Translations under genes and position numbers: made by a program
The notes under the pieces: model-generated
The model's database searches: none
What the model saw: the letters and a program-made list of their open reading frames with translations, nothing else
Told to the model about the DNA's origin: nothing
DNA from: Malacoraja senta
Lineage: Eukaryota
Length of the DNA stretch: 64,000 nt
NCBI GenBank assembly: GCA_038087875.1
Contig: JAXLNO010001265.1
Location: 186,001 to 250,000, forward strand
Direction of reading: 5' to 3'
Shown: positions 12,084 to 24,820 of the stretch, one piece after another
Position numbering within the stretch: position 1 is the first letter of the stretch
How the letters are laid out: the number at the start of each line of letters is the position of its first letter

Positions 12084-13120
12084 TCAGCATATAATCTTCC
12101 AACATTTTTGCCACCTCCAACGGGATCCGACTACTCGCCATATCTTCCCATCTCCAACCCTTTCTGCTTTCTGCACAGACTGTTCTCTCCGAAACCCCCT
12201 GGTCAACTCGTCCCTTCCCACCCAAACCACCCCCTCCCCAGGTACTTTCCCCTGCAACCGCAGGAGATGCAACACCTGTCCCTTTACCTCCTTCCCTTGA
12301 CTCCATCCAAGGACCCAAACAGTCTTTCCAGGTGAGGCAGAGGTTCACTTGCAACTCCTCTAACCTCATCTACTGTATCCACTGTTCCAGGTGTCAACTT
12401 CTCTACATCGGCGAGACTAAGCGCAGGCTCGACGATCGTTTCAGTGAACACCTCCGCTCAGTCCGTCTTAACCTACCTTATCTCCCGGTGGCTCAGCACT
12501 TCAACTCCCCCTCCCATTCCCAATCTGACCTTTTAGTCCTGGGCCCCCTCCATTGTCAGAGTGATGCCCAGCGTAAATTGGAGGAACAGCACCTTATATT
12601 TCGCTTGTTTAAGAAAGAACTGCAGATGCTGGAAAAATCGAAGGAAGACAAAAATGCTGGAGAAACTCAGCAGGTTAGGCAGCATCTATGGAGCGAAGGG
12701 ATAGGTGATGTTTCAGGTCGAGAAGTCTGAAGAAGGGTCTTGACCCGAAACGTCACCTATCCCTTCGCTCCATAGATGCTGCCTCACCCGCTGAGTTTCT
12801 CCAGCATTTTTGTCTACCTTCATATTTCGCTGGGGTAGTTTACACCCTAGCGGTATGAACATTGACTTCTCTAACTTCAGATAGCCCTTGCTTTCTCTCT
12901 CCATCCCCTTCCCCTTCCCAGTTCTCCCACTAGTCTTACTGTCACCGCCTACATTCTATCTTTGTCCCGCCCCCTCCCCTGACCTCAGTCTGAAGAAGGG
13001 TCTTGATCCGAAATGTCGCCCATTCCTTCTCTCCAGAGATGCTGCCTGATCCGCTGAGTTACTCCAGCATTTTGTGTCTACCTTCGATTTTACCAGCATC
13101 TGCAGTTCTTTCTTACACAT
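12084..13120 (+). mobile_element. Penelope-like retroelement, 5'-truncated, with GIY-YIG endonuclease remnant and 3' pLTR; interrupted by a nested insertion at ~12608-12821
   Basis: RQRFTCNSSNLIYCIHCSRCQLLYIGETKRRLDDRFSEHLRSV...VAQHFN is the PLE GIY-YIG signature (LIY..C..C...YIG.T.R.L..R..EH). The 3' end carries CTGAAGA-stem-GAAA. Confidence 0.88.
12727..12754 (+). ncRNA. Minimal hammerhead-ribozyme-like motif
   Basis: CTGAAGA A GGGTC TT GACCC GAAAC GTC. Confidence 0.5.
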
Positions 13121-14639
13121 TACTTTTTTCACTTCATTTTTAATTAATGCATTATGTCAATGCCAGAAGCTGTTTGCTCATAGTTTCTCTCTCAGTTGCT
13201 AATCCTGGATGCAAGCTCAACCACTTTCCAACTCACTCTATGCAGAAGTGTTGTGCCGCCCCTACTTTCTGGACCCTGTGGGACGTTTACTACAATACAA
13301 TACAATACAATACAATTTATTTGTCATTTGGACCCCGTTGAGGTCTAACTAGCCTATTGGCGCAGCTGGTGGACTGAAAACTACTTAAGGCAAACATTGG
13401 TATCAGCCCTCATTTCCCATGTTGCTGTTATGCTTTGTGACAAATAACTTGATGGCCAGGCACTGTTTCACATGACATCGATGGTGTCAATGGTATAGCT
13501 ACACCCCCCCTTCTCATCTCCCTGTCCCCCCACCCCCCCTCCCCTGCCTGCATGCATTCCTCTCCTTGCATTCCCTCTGCCCCAGCAGAGAGTACTTTTC
13601 CCCTCCCCCATTGCTCATCTCCCACCCCTCCGTAATCCGATCACATATTTCCTTTCCCACTCTCCCCATCCGCTTCCCCCCAATATTCCTCCCTCTGATA
13701 CTGCATGCCACTCCCCATCTCCCATCTGTATTAGATTCCACATCTGCACCTTTTTAAATATCTTCACCTCACAGGTGCTGCCCAATGTGCTGTGCTCTGT
13801 GGAGGCATAAAAAACACTTTTAGCTGGGAACTGGATCATATGAACAGAACGTTCACTGAGAGAGCATGTAGGGCCATGTAACAATCACACTCAAAATGAT
13901 GCATTTATAAGGACTGGAAGCACAGGAGATGGTTGCTGCGATAAAGAAGGAAGATTGGTACTTTCCTTCTAAATTCTCCACAAATATCCAACCTCCTCAA
14001 AAATATTCCAACCTCATTGTGCCCACAAAACTATCAGAATTGCAGGTTGGTCAGTTAATGTGTCGGGTTAATTTCACTGAGTTAAAACTTGTGGATAAAT
14101 TTGTGTTAATTGCGAATGGAAGTGGCAGGTGGACTGAGTGGTGCAGAGTGCACAGGGCAAGAACAGTGTTAATACGAGATCTACATTATCAGGCTTTGTC
14201 TGCATGGACTATGAGCAGATGATTGATTCCTCCATGGCTCCATTCCACATTTTTTCATTTTTATATCCTCATTTCTCAGGAATACGTACACAGCATAGCA
14301 CTTAATTAGCTGGACTAGTTTACAAAGGGCTATACTACAGAAGGTGAAAAAGATACTTTGAGTTCTATATACCAGCTGGGAATTTAAATTCAAATAAATA
14401 AATAAAATGTTTAAAAAAAGATAGCCTACTAATGTCTGCCCAGGAAGGAAATTTATTATCTCTGCCCAATTTGTTCCTTATGTGACACCAGACTCCTCAC
14501 TGTGGTTGAACACAAAATTCTCAGCAACCCACAGTTCAAGAGGTGTTAGGGATGGATAACAAAAGTTGGCCGTCTAGAAGCTATGGCCCCATTCAGATCA
14601 GATGACTTAACCCATCCCTTTATTGCAGCAACTGCTTTA

Positions 14640-14980
14640 TTGGGGCAGCTGGTAGAGTCGCTGCCTCACAGATCCAGGGACCTGAGTTAAATCCTGACCT
14701 CGGGTGCTGTGTGTGTGGAGTTTACACATTCTCCTTGTGGGCAGGTGGATTTCCCTCAAGTGCTCTGGTTTTCTCCTGCATCCCAAACACATGCAAGTTG
14801 ATAGGATAACTGGCAACGTAAAATACTTCTCATATGTTCGTGAATGATAGCATCTGGTGGGTGTTGATGGTAATGTGAGAGAATAGAATGGGATTAGGGT
14901 AGAATTAGTGTAAGTAGGTGCTCAGTGGTTGATGTGGATTTGCTGAGCTAAAAGGTCTGTTTCCTAGCTGTATGATTCCG
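14640..14980 (+). mobile_element. tRNA-derived SINE (HE1/V-SINE-like), degraded
   Basis: A/B-box-like head, central gtgtgtggagttt..attctcc..gtgg.tttcc block, LINE-like tail. Confidence 0.65.
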
Positions 14981-17669
14981 GCAGACCCTCAAGTGAGGAT
15001 GACTTAATACATAGCAGAGACTAAACCATTTTGATTTAAAAGTAATTTAACTGAAGAGAATACCGTAGGAGATAGCTCAAGGTTTACTCAGGAGGAGATA
15101 CAAGTGTGAAATCATCAGGTTGAACTGGACTGAAGTGCATTGTCATCTTTTGAACTTGAAAAATAAATATCTCTTTACCACAAATCTACCCTGGTCTGTT
15201 GACTCTGTTTTATGCGGTAACTGTAAGTATAATTGGAATTTTTTAAAATCTCTGCACAGGTAAACGTGAAACAGACAGGTGTTCTTGAATGGGGATATAG
15301 GTGGAAGGGATGGATAGGGAATTAACAATTTGTATCTCTGCAAGTGGGCAAAAGGAATCTCCAGTGTGTGGGTGGAAGATGCAGGGTTGATGTTCTGATG
15401 TGTGGGGAAGTGTCCTCTGAGCTGTGAACGTTATGAACTCTAACATCTGAAAAGCATCTTCAGCTGTTAGGTATGGAAAACCAATCCCACAAATATTTAT
15501 GTTGTGCTAAAGATAAATTATGATTAAAATTAACTTCTGCAAAACTTAGAATTACTTTTATGAGCAATTAAAAAGGAATGCTTTCTGAATGGCCAAAATA
15601 TTAATCTTTTGGCAATTATAGATTATATTAAATAATATTAAATCATGTTTGGTTGAGGCTGACTGAGATTCTCGAAACGATAATAATGGGATGTTGCAGA
15701 CCAACTGGGAAGTAGATATAATGCCAGAAAATGTGAAATTGTCAAGTTCAATTGGGAAAATAAGTCTTGCCATTTTGTTTAAATGGCAAGACTTTGTCAA
15801 ACTGAGATTCCATGGATCAGACGGTTTAGGTTTATTATTGTCACGTATACAGAGGTACAGTGAAAAGATTTGTTTTGCATGGTATCCAATCAGATCACAT
15901 AATACTATACATAAATACAATCATGTCAAACTCAAGTACAATAGGTAGACCAAGGGGGAAGGTACAAAGCTCAGAATATCATTGTAGCGCATTCGTTCCA
16001 TAAAAAAGTCCAATGTCTGCAATGGTGTAGAGGTGAGTTGGACTGTTCTCAAGCTTATGGTAGGATGCTAACTCATCTCTGGTGTAAGATTCGCAAAGGG
16101 CTACTGCACAGGTGAATCAAATAGTTAAGAATCCTAACAGAATGTTATAACAATGGGAAATGCTTGGAGCATTCACTGGGTCATGGGGGCACTGTGGAAG
16201 ATAAAGTCAACATTTCAGATCAAAGACTCCTCACAAAAGAATGTTATAGATCACCATGAGGAGAGTTAAATACAAAACAGTGAGGTTAACTCTATTAGTT
16301 ATATAGAGCACTGCTGAGGTATATCTGCTGAAATATTGTGCACCATATGCACAATATTATATTCCTTATTTAAGGAAGGATTTGATTGCATTGAAAGCAG
16401 TTTAACGAAGGTCAAGGAATAACTGGAATGGGCTGTTTGCACGATGAGGAAAATGTTATGAGAGTTCAGTCACCCTCTGCGCCTGCAGTTATCAATTCCT
16501 ACTCAAATGTACTTGTTCAACACTTTGAATATATGCAAGGAAGACCCCCAGATATAAAGCTCTGTGATGATTTAAAAATCATAAATCATTTTGTGATTAT
16601 CCTAAACATTATAGATCGCCATTCTCTTGATGAATGTACAGACATTTAGTTGACCAGCCTGGGATAGTTGCCACATTCCTCCAAGTCCCATATGTTGTCA
16701 GTATCTATCTGCTCCCCGCACACCATGGCCTTACTTGAAAATCTTTCAATTTTAAAACATAACTCATCATTTAGTGGTTACTATTTTTGACTTAACTGGC
16801 CATTATGCTTTGTTACATGGAGTTACACTGTTTAACAGAGTCAAAACAGTTTGAATGTAATAACAATATTAAACACTAAGGTGCTTTGAAAACACTTTAA
16901 AATATGCATTTAAAATATGATATTGTTTGTTTAAGCTCTCTCTTACAAATCCCTGTCCTGTTTTCATGTGAACCTCGCATGCTATATTCCTATATACCCT
17001 CAATTCCCGTGCTTATCCTTTCTAGATATTTTGTATTGTCATATTTAATTATGATCATGTTCAGCATATCATGTGCTTTAATGATCCAGGTTATAATCAA
17101 AGCTTGTGAAACTTATTCAGACCCTGTTTTTAATATCCATGATTTACCATTTTCCCAGCTCTTCCACAAGTGGATTACAAATTTCTAGTACCAGAGCCAT
17201 TTGGAACTAGTATCAGGGTCTTTACCTGGAGGCATTTGTGCTCAACTGAACAGACCTCAATCAAATTCCTAATTTTTTACATAGGCCTATATTGTCAAAA
17301 TAATTAGTCCTGCTGAGTTACTCCAACGTTTTGTGTCTATTGCAGATTATCATAGTTGTCCAGTAGATGTCCTGGTTAGGTCATGTGATTAGTTCCTCGT
17401 CTTTTTCAAATACATGCTATAAATTTGTTATAGTTTACGGTAACAGGTATCATTGGGAAAAATAAATAAGAAAGATTATTTTGGTGCTCCTTTTCAAACA
17501 TGTTCGCCCATAAGTGACAATGATACAATTTGAATTCTCTTTCTCCCATCCATCTATTCCTTTTACTCCCAACATCAATTTGTCTGAACAATATCCAAAT
17601 GTTTACACTGACAGACTGTCTGATAATCAGTTCCACCACGAGGTTTGTGTCGGTGGTGTGAACAATTAA

Positions 17670-17891
17670 AAAAAAATTTTTTTTCAATAATAACTAAATC
17701 AGGAAAAAGGAAAAAAGGGAAAGGAAAAAGAAAAGAAAGAATTTCGAAAAAGACACAAAAGAGAAAAAAGAATAACCCCTGAACTAACGATGAAGTGAAA
17801 GAAGCAGAGATATATCCCACTACCCTTCCCTATACCCGCTCACCCGACCCTAGCGTCGGTTTTAAATTTGTGTTCAACCATTATGTTGTTA
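17670..17891. mobile_element. 222-bp retrotransposed insertion flanked by a 17-bp target-site duplication
   Basis: GTGGTGTGAACAATTAA at 17653-17669 and 17892-17908 flanking an A/T-tract-rich segment. Confidence 0.7.
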
Positions 17892-19399
17892 GTGGTGTGA
17901 ACAATTAACTCTCTCCTGAGCTATATTCACCATTTCATGATCTTTCATCGAGTATCTGTACATGTCTTCGGTTCATTCTTAATCAGGAATTTCTAGTCAG
18001 TATGTTGCCTCACATTCACACCCTCATTTGGGGTCCCAATATCAGGCCATACATTCCATCTACTACGACAGTGTCTTTAGCTTGCTGGTGATGTTCAAAA
18101 GAACTGAGAGTCTGGAGATACAGGCTTGAATCTCCATGTCGTAGGCAGTGATATGGTACATGGATAGGAATGTTTTGGAGGGATATGGGCAAGTTTCACT
18201 GGCACGGTTAGAAGTTCAGAAGCAGTTCTTTGAAAATATTCATAGAAATGGAAACAAGCTTCTATGAGAGAGAACAATTAATTATACCCTGATTTTTAAC
18301 TCGGAGTCAAACTAATATCCATTAGTAAGTTACACCTGGGCATTCAGGTAATTTAATTCCATTCAAAAACAAGTCTGGAAGCTTTACAATTTGGTAGAAC
18401 AAATTTCGCTTTGGGGTCTAGAATATACAATGGACATGACCATTTCATATTCAAGAGCCCAGGAAAATATTTACCATTCTATCTGTAATTTTCATAAAGT
18501 TGTTTGAACATGAAGGCCAGCATACTCTAGTTAATTGAATCTCAGAAATGTCTAAAAATATCGAGATATACCATGCCTTCATTTATTTTTCCCATTCCGT
18601 AACTCTAGCATTTGGTCAAAGTGCAATGTTGTTTCTGCAATTAAAACATTATCCCTAGAGACTTCAAGCAAATTTCTCTTTCCCAGATCCATAAAATAGT
18701 CAATAAGTCCAATGTGTTAAATTTGTGTGGCTGACCGACTAAGTCCCCATGCTGCTTTTGTAGATTAGAGATGTTTGAAAGCTGTTACTTCATCTTGTGC
18801 CCTCAAACATGTCATCATCCATTTGGAATGAAAAGAATGGAGTCCATTGTGGCTTTGCTTGGAAACCCAAAGGTTTAATTTATTATTTCTGGGAGAATTT
18901 CCATTTAAAATTAAGCAACGAATAAAAGTCAACATAAAGGGTTAAGCTTAGTGTAGATTTATTCACTATGGCAACTTACATACTGAAGTGTGATTACAAT
19001 AAACCTACACAAACATATGGATTGGGAACAGGAGAAGGACATTTGGCTAATCCCCTGCTCCACTAATTAATAAGATAATGGTTGAGATATTGTAACCACA
19101 TTCCCATCTACCGTCAGTAGTAACTCACTTGCTTATCAATAATCATTTGCTTATCACCTGCTTATAATATAGCTCTGCCTTAAAAATATTCAAAGACTCT
19201 GCTCAAATAACCCTTTCAGGAAGAGAGATCCAAAGACTCACAATCTTCTGAAAAAACATTCCATTGCATCGCTGTCTTAAATAGGCCGTCGTTATTTTTA
19301 AATAGTGATAACAAGTTTTAGATTGCCTTGCAAAAGATACCACCTCTACTTTCACAACGTTAAGACGGGTCAACGAGAAGTCCTCCATTGGGTAGAGTG

Positions 19400-19570
19400 T
19401 GGGACCAATTTACTGGTGACAGATCAGTTTCAGTGAGAAAATAACTTCACCAATGAGAAATCAATTTCACTTGTGAAAAACCAGCTTCACTGATGGGGAC
19501 TAATTTCATTAGCGAGGGACCAATTTCACCTGCAAGAACCCAATTTTGTTGCAGGTGAGAGATCAATTTA
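19400..19570. repeat. Degenerate ~20-bp tandem repeat (ga.accaatttcac...)
   Basis: About 8 diverged units such as gagaaatcaatttcacttgt and gagggaccaatttcacctgc. Confidence 0.6.
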
Positions 19571-22500
19571 TGTGGATAGTCACCATTTTCTAAATACTGT
19601 ACATGCAACTGCCAGTCAGTGAGTCAGATGCTCTGGTACATGATGTTGTAATCTTAACTTTGACAACTCAGTGAACAATTTGTTTTAAAAATGGATCACA
19701 ACTAAAATAGTAGCAATGATTTATATTCCTTCCGAACAGTTAATTCTGCTACAGATATACTGGTTACTGTTTAAGATGTTTTGTGCGTTATAGACTGACA
19801 TTGTTTGGCAACCACAGATTATTCTCTTGTTCTACTTTGCACATTGTTCATCATTCTGCATTTAACTGGGTTTATTTCACCCAACCTCACCCACTTGTAG
19901 AAGTTGCCCCAAATTCCCTTTGTTTTTCGTCACAGCCACTGTAATTTGACTGCAAAGCAGTTTCATGATTCGACAGATTGCAGTTTTATGTCCAGATTCG
20001 TTGCACACTAGAATTTCTAGTCAGCATGTCGCCTCACATTCACACCCTCGTTAGTGGTCCAACTTTTATTTTATTTTCCACCTGCTTGTCTATGGCACTG
20101 TCCATACATGTATAGGACTGGTTTATAGGAATATGGGCCATACGCAGGCAGGTGAGACTCCTGTAGATGGGACATGTTGGTCGATGCGGACAAGTTGGGA
20201 CGAAGGGCCTGTTTCCACACTACATGCCTCTATGACATCTGACCACACCCCAATCAGTGAGTCTATACACCCTTCAATTTCCACTGATTTGGGGTCTGAA
20301 CATCGTGGCCAGGTTTTATATTGCAAAAGGTACCAACGTTAGTTACTTAAAGCATTTAAGATTTAAGTAAACAAACTATTTTAAATTTATTTTTCCTGAG
20401 GCATCTCTGGATTTTATGTTTCTTTGAGATCATACTTATAGCAAACATATTAAAACTTGCAAATCTCCCGTCCCTGCTGCTCCTTAAAGAGATGGTGGCT
20501 GAGGCAATTTAAATATAGTTATGTGAGTTGAAATTTAAAGCACAAGTGCCCTCTCAGTCCTGAATACTTATGTTGACTTTCCCTAATTTACATTTGGTGA
20601 TATTGAGATGCTCTCGGCGGACCCAGCCATGTACCTCTTTGTTCTCGGCAATCTGTCAGTATATAGCTTCAGATCAGACTAGGAGGGATTTCTTGTCGAA
20701 GAAAATCTTTCAAATCCTTTACTCCAGAGGTATCAAGGTATGCATGATGAATATTTGACAATAATAAAACAATGATTTGATATCAATATATTAACTGTAA
20801 ACAGAAGTTTGGATAGGACAGGCTTGGTGGGATATGGACCAAACGCGGGAAGGTGGGACTAGTGTAGCTGGGACATGTTGGCCGGTGTGGCCGAAGGGCC
20901 TGTTTCCACACTGTATCATTCTATGAGAAACGGATCTCTTGGCCTCTCAGTCACCAGGTAAAGTCTGATCTGATTCTTGCAACTCCGCATTCCAGTCAAC
21001 CCACAGTAACCTCTTGTTACTTTGCTTAACAAGAAACTCTGCTGCAAAAATATTGAAATACTTATCTTCAACTATCCTATGAGGAAGGGAGTTCCAGACA
21101 CTTGCGACACATTGAGAGAGAAAAAGATGTCTGGTCTCTTTCCTAAATTGATTACTCGTTATTTTTAAATGGTGACCCTTAATTCTGGATTCTCCCACAT
21201 GAGGGAACATCTTCTCGCCATCCCGCCTATTCAGACCTGGCAGGTGTCTTGTCCCCTCTCAATTTTCCAAATGTCAGTAGGTCACCACCTTGCCTGCCCA
21301 ACCCTTTCTCAAAGACAGCCCTTCCCAGGAAACAGTTAGTCATAGAGTCATACAGCGTGGAAACAGAACCTTCGGCCCAACTTACCGACACTGACCAACA
21401 TGTCCCATCTACACTAATCCGACCTGCCTGCGTTTGGCCCATAACCATCTAAACCTGTCCTATCCATGTACATAGGAACAGGAGCGCTAAGTTTTTCACA
21501 CAAAGGGTGGTGTGCTACCACGTGAGGCATGAGTTGATGAGGCATTTGGATAGGTACACAGATAGGACAATTTAGAGGGATATGGGCCAAAAGCAAGCAG
21601 GTGGTACTCGTGTAGATGCGACATGTTGGTCGGTGTGGGCAAGTTGGGGCGAAGTGCTGTTTCCATGATCACTCTATGACTATGTGACAAATAGCTACAC
21701 GGAAGGTGGACATTAGGCATATCGTGTCCACGTCCTGTCAAGATCTCCCCTTGCTGCTCTTGATCTACATACCCAGTGGTCTCCATGCTAATTCACATCC
21801 AACTTCTGTTTTAACGTGGCGGGAGTCGCTGCCTCCACCACCCTTTCAGACAGTGAGTTCCAGACCCCGCCACCCTCCCGGTGAAAACATTTTTCCTCAT
21901 CACGCCTTTAATGCTTCACCAATAACTTTAAATCTAATCCGCCTGTTTTTGACCCACTGCTCTGGGGAAATACCTTGAACATGTGAAATGTACCTGGGGT
22001 CTCATAATGCATTATGCGTCTCAATTGAACCTCCCCTCAACCGCCTTCGTGAATTGCAAACGTGATCATCGTTTCCTTCTGTCTGTGTCAGTCGTTTAAA
22101 GAACCGTGTCAATTTCAAAGAAAACTATTAGGGAATCCTAATGGTTCGGCATCCGGTTCATCAGGTGAGGTTTCCTGCACGACCTGAAACTCATCAGGGC
22201 ACCGGTTCCTGCGCTCCCTGACAAGTAACAATCCCGGTTCTCGGTTATTGTTGAAACGTACTATGTCTTGAAACAAACATTTTTCACAGCAAAATTGATG
22301 GTAATATTTAAATTTAAAACTGATGTCAACGGCATTGGTTATTAATAACATCCAGTAGTCTGGTAAATTGGATCCGACAGTCCGATGGTCGCAGATGAGT
22401 GGACTAGTCAAGGTTGCAGGCACAGTTCCCACCTCCTTTTCTCCACTTTTCGGATTCGCTCACGCCCATGTTTCACCCCGCATCGTAAAATAGCTGAATG

Positions 22501-22599
22501 TCACACAGCCCCGAATGTGAGCCTACATCTTGGATTAAAAACATGCAGCACTTAATGCTGATAATGTCACCTCTGATAAATGATCACATGGGGATAAAT

Positions 22600-23290
22600 T
22601 AGGGTGCCACGGCCGCGCAGCGAGCAGAGCTGCTCTATGATCTTTGGTCTCAACAGTGCTGGAGACCCGGGTTCGGTCCTGTCCTCAGTCGCTGACTATG
22701 TGGAGTTTGGACATTCTCCCTGTGACCGGGTGGGTTTCCTCCGGGTGTTCCGATTTAGTTTAGTTTAGTTTAGAGATAAAGCGCAGAAACAGGCCCTTCG
22801 GCCCACCGGTTCCGCGCCGACCCCCGCATATTAAGACTATCCTACACACTCTAGGGACATGTTTTTTCATTTACCAAGCCATTTAGCCTACAAACCTGTA
22901 CGTCTTTGGAGTGTGGGAGGAAACCGAAGATCTCGGAGAAAACCCACGCAGGTCATGGGAAGAACGTACAAACTCCGTACAGACAGCACCTGTAGTCGGG
23001 ATCGAACCCGGGTCTCTGGCGCTGCATTCGCTGTAAGGCAGCAACTCTACCGCCGCGACACCGTGACCAGCCAAATCCTACATTCCCAAAGATGTGCGGG
23101 TCGGTTGGTTAATTTGTGTGTGTGTGTCCGTCCTCTGTAAAATTGTTCCAGTGTGTGGGTGAGGGGTACAATCTGAGGGGAATTGATGGGAATGTGGGGA
23201 GAATAAAATGTAAGATTAGTGTAGATGGGTGGTTGATGGTCTGCGTGGTCTCAGTGGTTCCAATTTCCCGATTCTGTGCTGTGTGACTCT
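22600..23290 (+). mobile_element. tRNA-derived SINE (+) with a younger SINE nested in the opposite orientation (~22756-23071)
   Basis: The outer SINE breaks at gggtgttccgattt and resumes at cctacattcccaaag. The inner copy on the - strand has a tRNA-like head (ggttcgatccc B box) and a (ctaaa)n tail. Confidence 0.8.
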
Positions 23291-24099
23291 AAGTTCAACA
23301 TCAGAAATGTTGACACTGTGTAATTGGTATTGCAACAACTACGCGAGAGAGTTGGGACACTTCGTGAACAGTCTCGTGCTGAGGAACTTCAGATCCAAGA
23401 ACAAGGAGTGTTTTATAAAAAGAACATCTAAGTACTTCTTGATTCTGTAGTTAAATTACGTCACCCAGAGAGTGATGGAATTAAAATACATGGCATTGGG
23501 AGTAATATATGGATTTTTTTAAATGGTCCCAACTGTCCATTTCCCTCCACAGATGCTACCTGCCCCGCTGATTAACTCAAGCATTTTGTATCCATTCTCC
23601 TTTAGACTGTTTGATGGCATCCGTCTTGATCTCAAGCCATTGCAAGAACGCCATAGCCATTGAAGTGAAGTCACTTCAACTCGACAATTTGCTCATAGGA
23701 AAATTCTATGAACAACAATGAACTGATAGCAGTATAGATCTAATCATCGAGATATAGATCGGATTTACATTGACTCACAGAGGAGGGGGGGGGGCATTCA
23801 GTTATGGATTTTTGGAGAAGGTAAAAGCGAGCCATGCGGGTCTGGGTTTCCAGGGCAGTTTTGTTTATGGATAGTCTGAAGAAGCGTTTCGACCCGAAAC
23901 ATCACCTATCCCTTTTCTCCAGACAGGCTGCCCGACCCGCTGATTTTCTCCAGCTTTTTCTATCTATTCTCATTTAGACAGCTTATTGCTCCGGATTCCA
24001 GCATCTGCAGCCTCTCGTGTCTCCATTAAAATAAAGTGGTCGTCAGACAGGGAGAAGGCTGTGGACAGTGAGGCGCTGCAGGAGTCTGTGCTTGTCACT

Positions 24100-24820
24100 C
24101 AGCCTTCATTCGTATATGAATGATTTGGGTGTGAGGACAAATGTAGTATTTCAAAGTTTGCCGATGATATTATCGGATGCAAGAGGTTTCAAAGTGGATT
24201 TGATGTTGAACGAGTGGGTAAAATTGACAGATGGGGCGTTATGTGAATAAATGTGCGGCTACCATTTCGGCAGCGAACCAAAAAATTGGGCATTACTTAA
24301 ACGTCCTAAGATTGGAAAATGTTGAAGTGGAAGGAGCGGGATCTTCTTGTTCACCAGTCAGTGAAAGCCAACATGCGGGTGCAGAACTCATTAATACGCC
24401 AATTGATACGTTGAAGAAGGATTATGGAGGGCCTTAGGAAGTTGACCTGGAGGACTGTGTGATTTTTTTTGCTCTCCTCGACTAAGAAAGGACACACTTC
24501 TCATGGAGGGGCTTGCACCAAGGTTCGCCGGAAGGTTACATGAGAAAGCGTGCGGGCGATTATAAGGGAAGCTTGGTCGACTAGATTTATATTCAGTAGA
24601 ATATAAAAGTATGAGACCTCATTGAACATTACAGAAATGTAATGAGGTCAGGCAGACTCAATTTGGGTAGGATGTTTTCCTGGACTAGCGTGTCACAGTC
24701 TTTAAACAGGTGGTAAAATAATCAGACTATCGCAGAATAGATTCAACACACATTTCTGGGCACAGTGGACATTAAGGGGCATGGAGAAAGTACGGAAATA
24801 TGACATTAAGAATCAGCCAC
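24100..24820 (+). mobile_element. Degraded CR1-type LINE fragment
   Basis: aagtttgccgatgat (KFADD) and downstream CR1 ORF2-like remnants. Confidence 0.6.

Noticed and set aside
12332-12730. GIY-YIG ORF as a host nuclease gene
   Set aside because: Truncated Penelope remnant interrupted by a nested insertion.
19400-19570. Spaced ~20-bp repeats as a CRISPR-like array
   Set aside because: Degenerate contiguous tandem units without unique spacers, in a eukaryotic context with no cas genes.
22115-22220. Possible - strand terminal exon (ttgtcag|G ERRNRCPDEFQVVQETSPDEPDAEPLGFPNSFL*)
   Set aside because: No recognisable homology, weak polypyrimidine tract, and no partner exons identified.
22980-23071. 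tRNA-like sequences with A/B boxes (also ~42750 and ~51830)
   Set aside because: These are heads of tRNA-derived SINEs, continuous with SINE body and tail, not tRNA genes.
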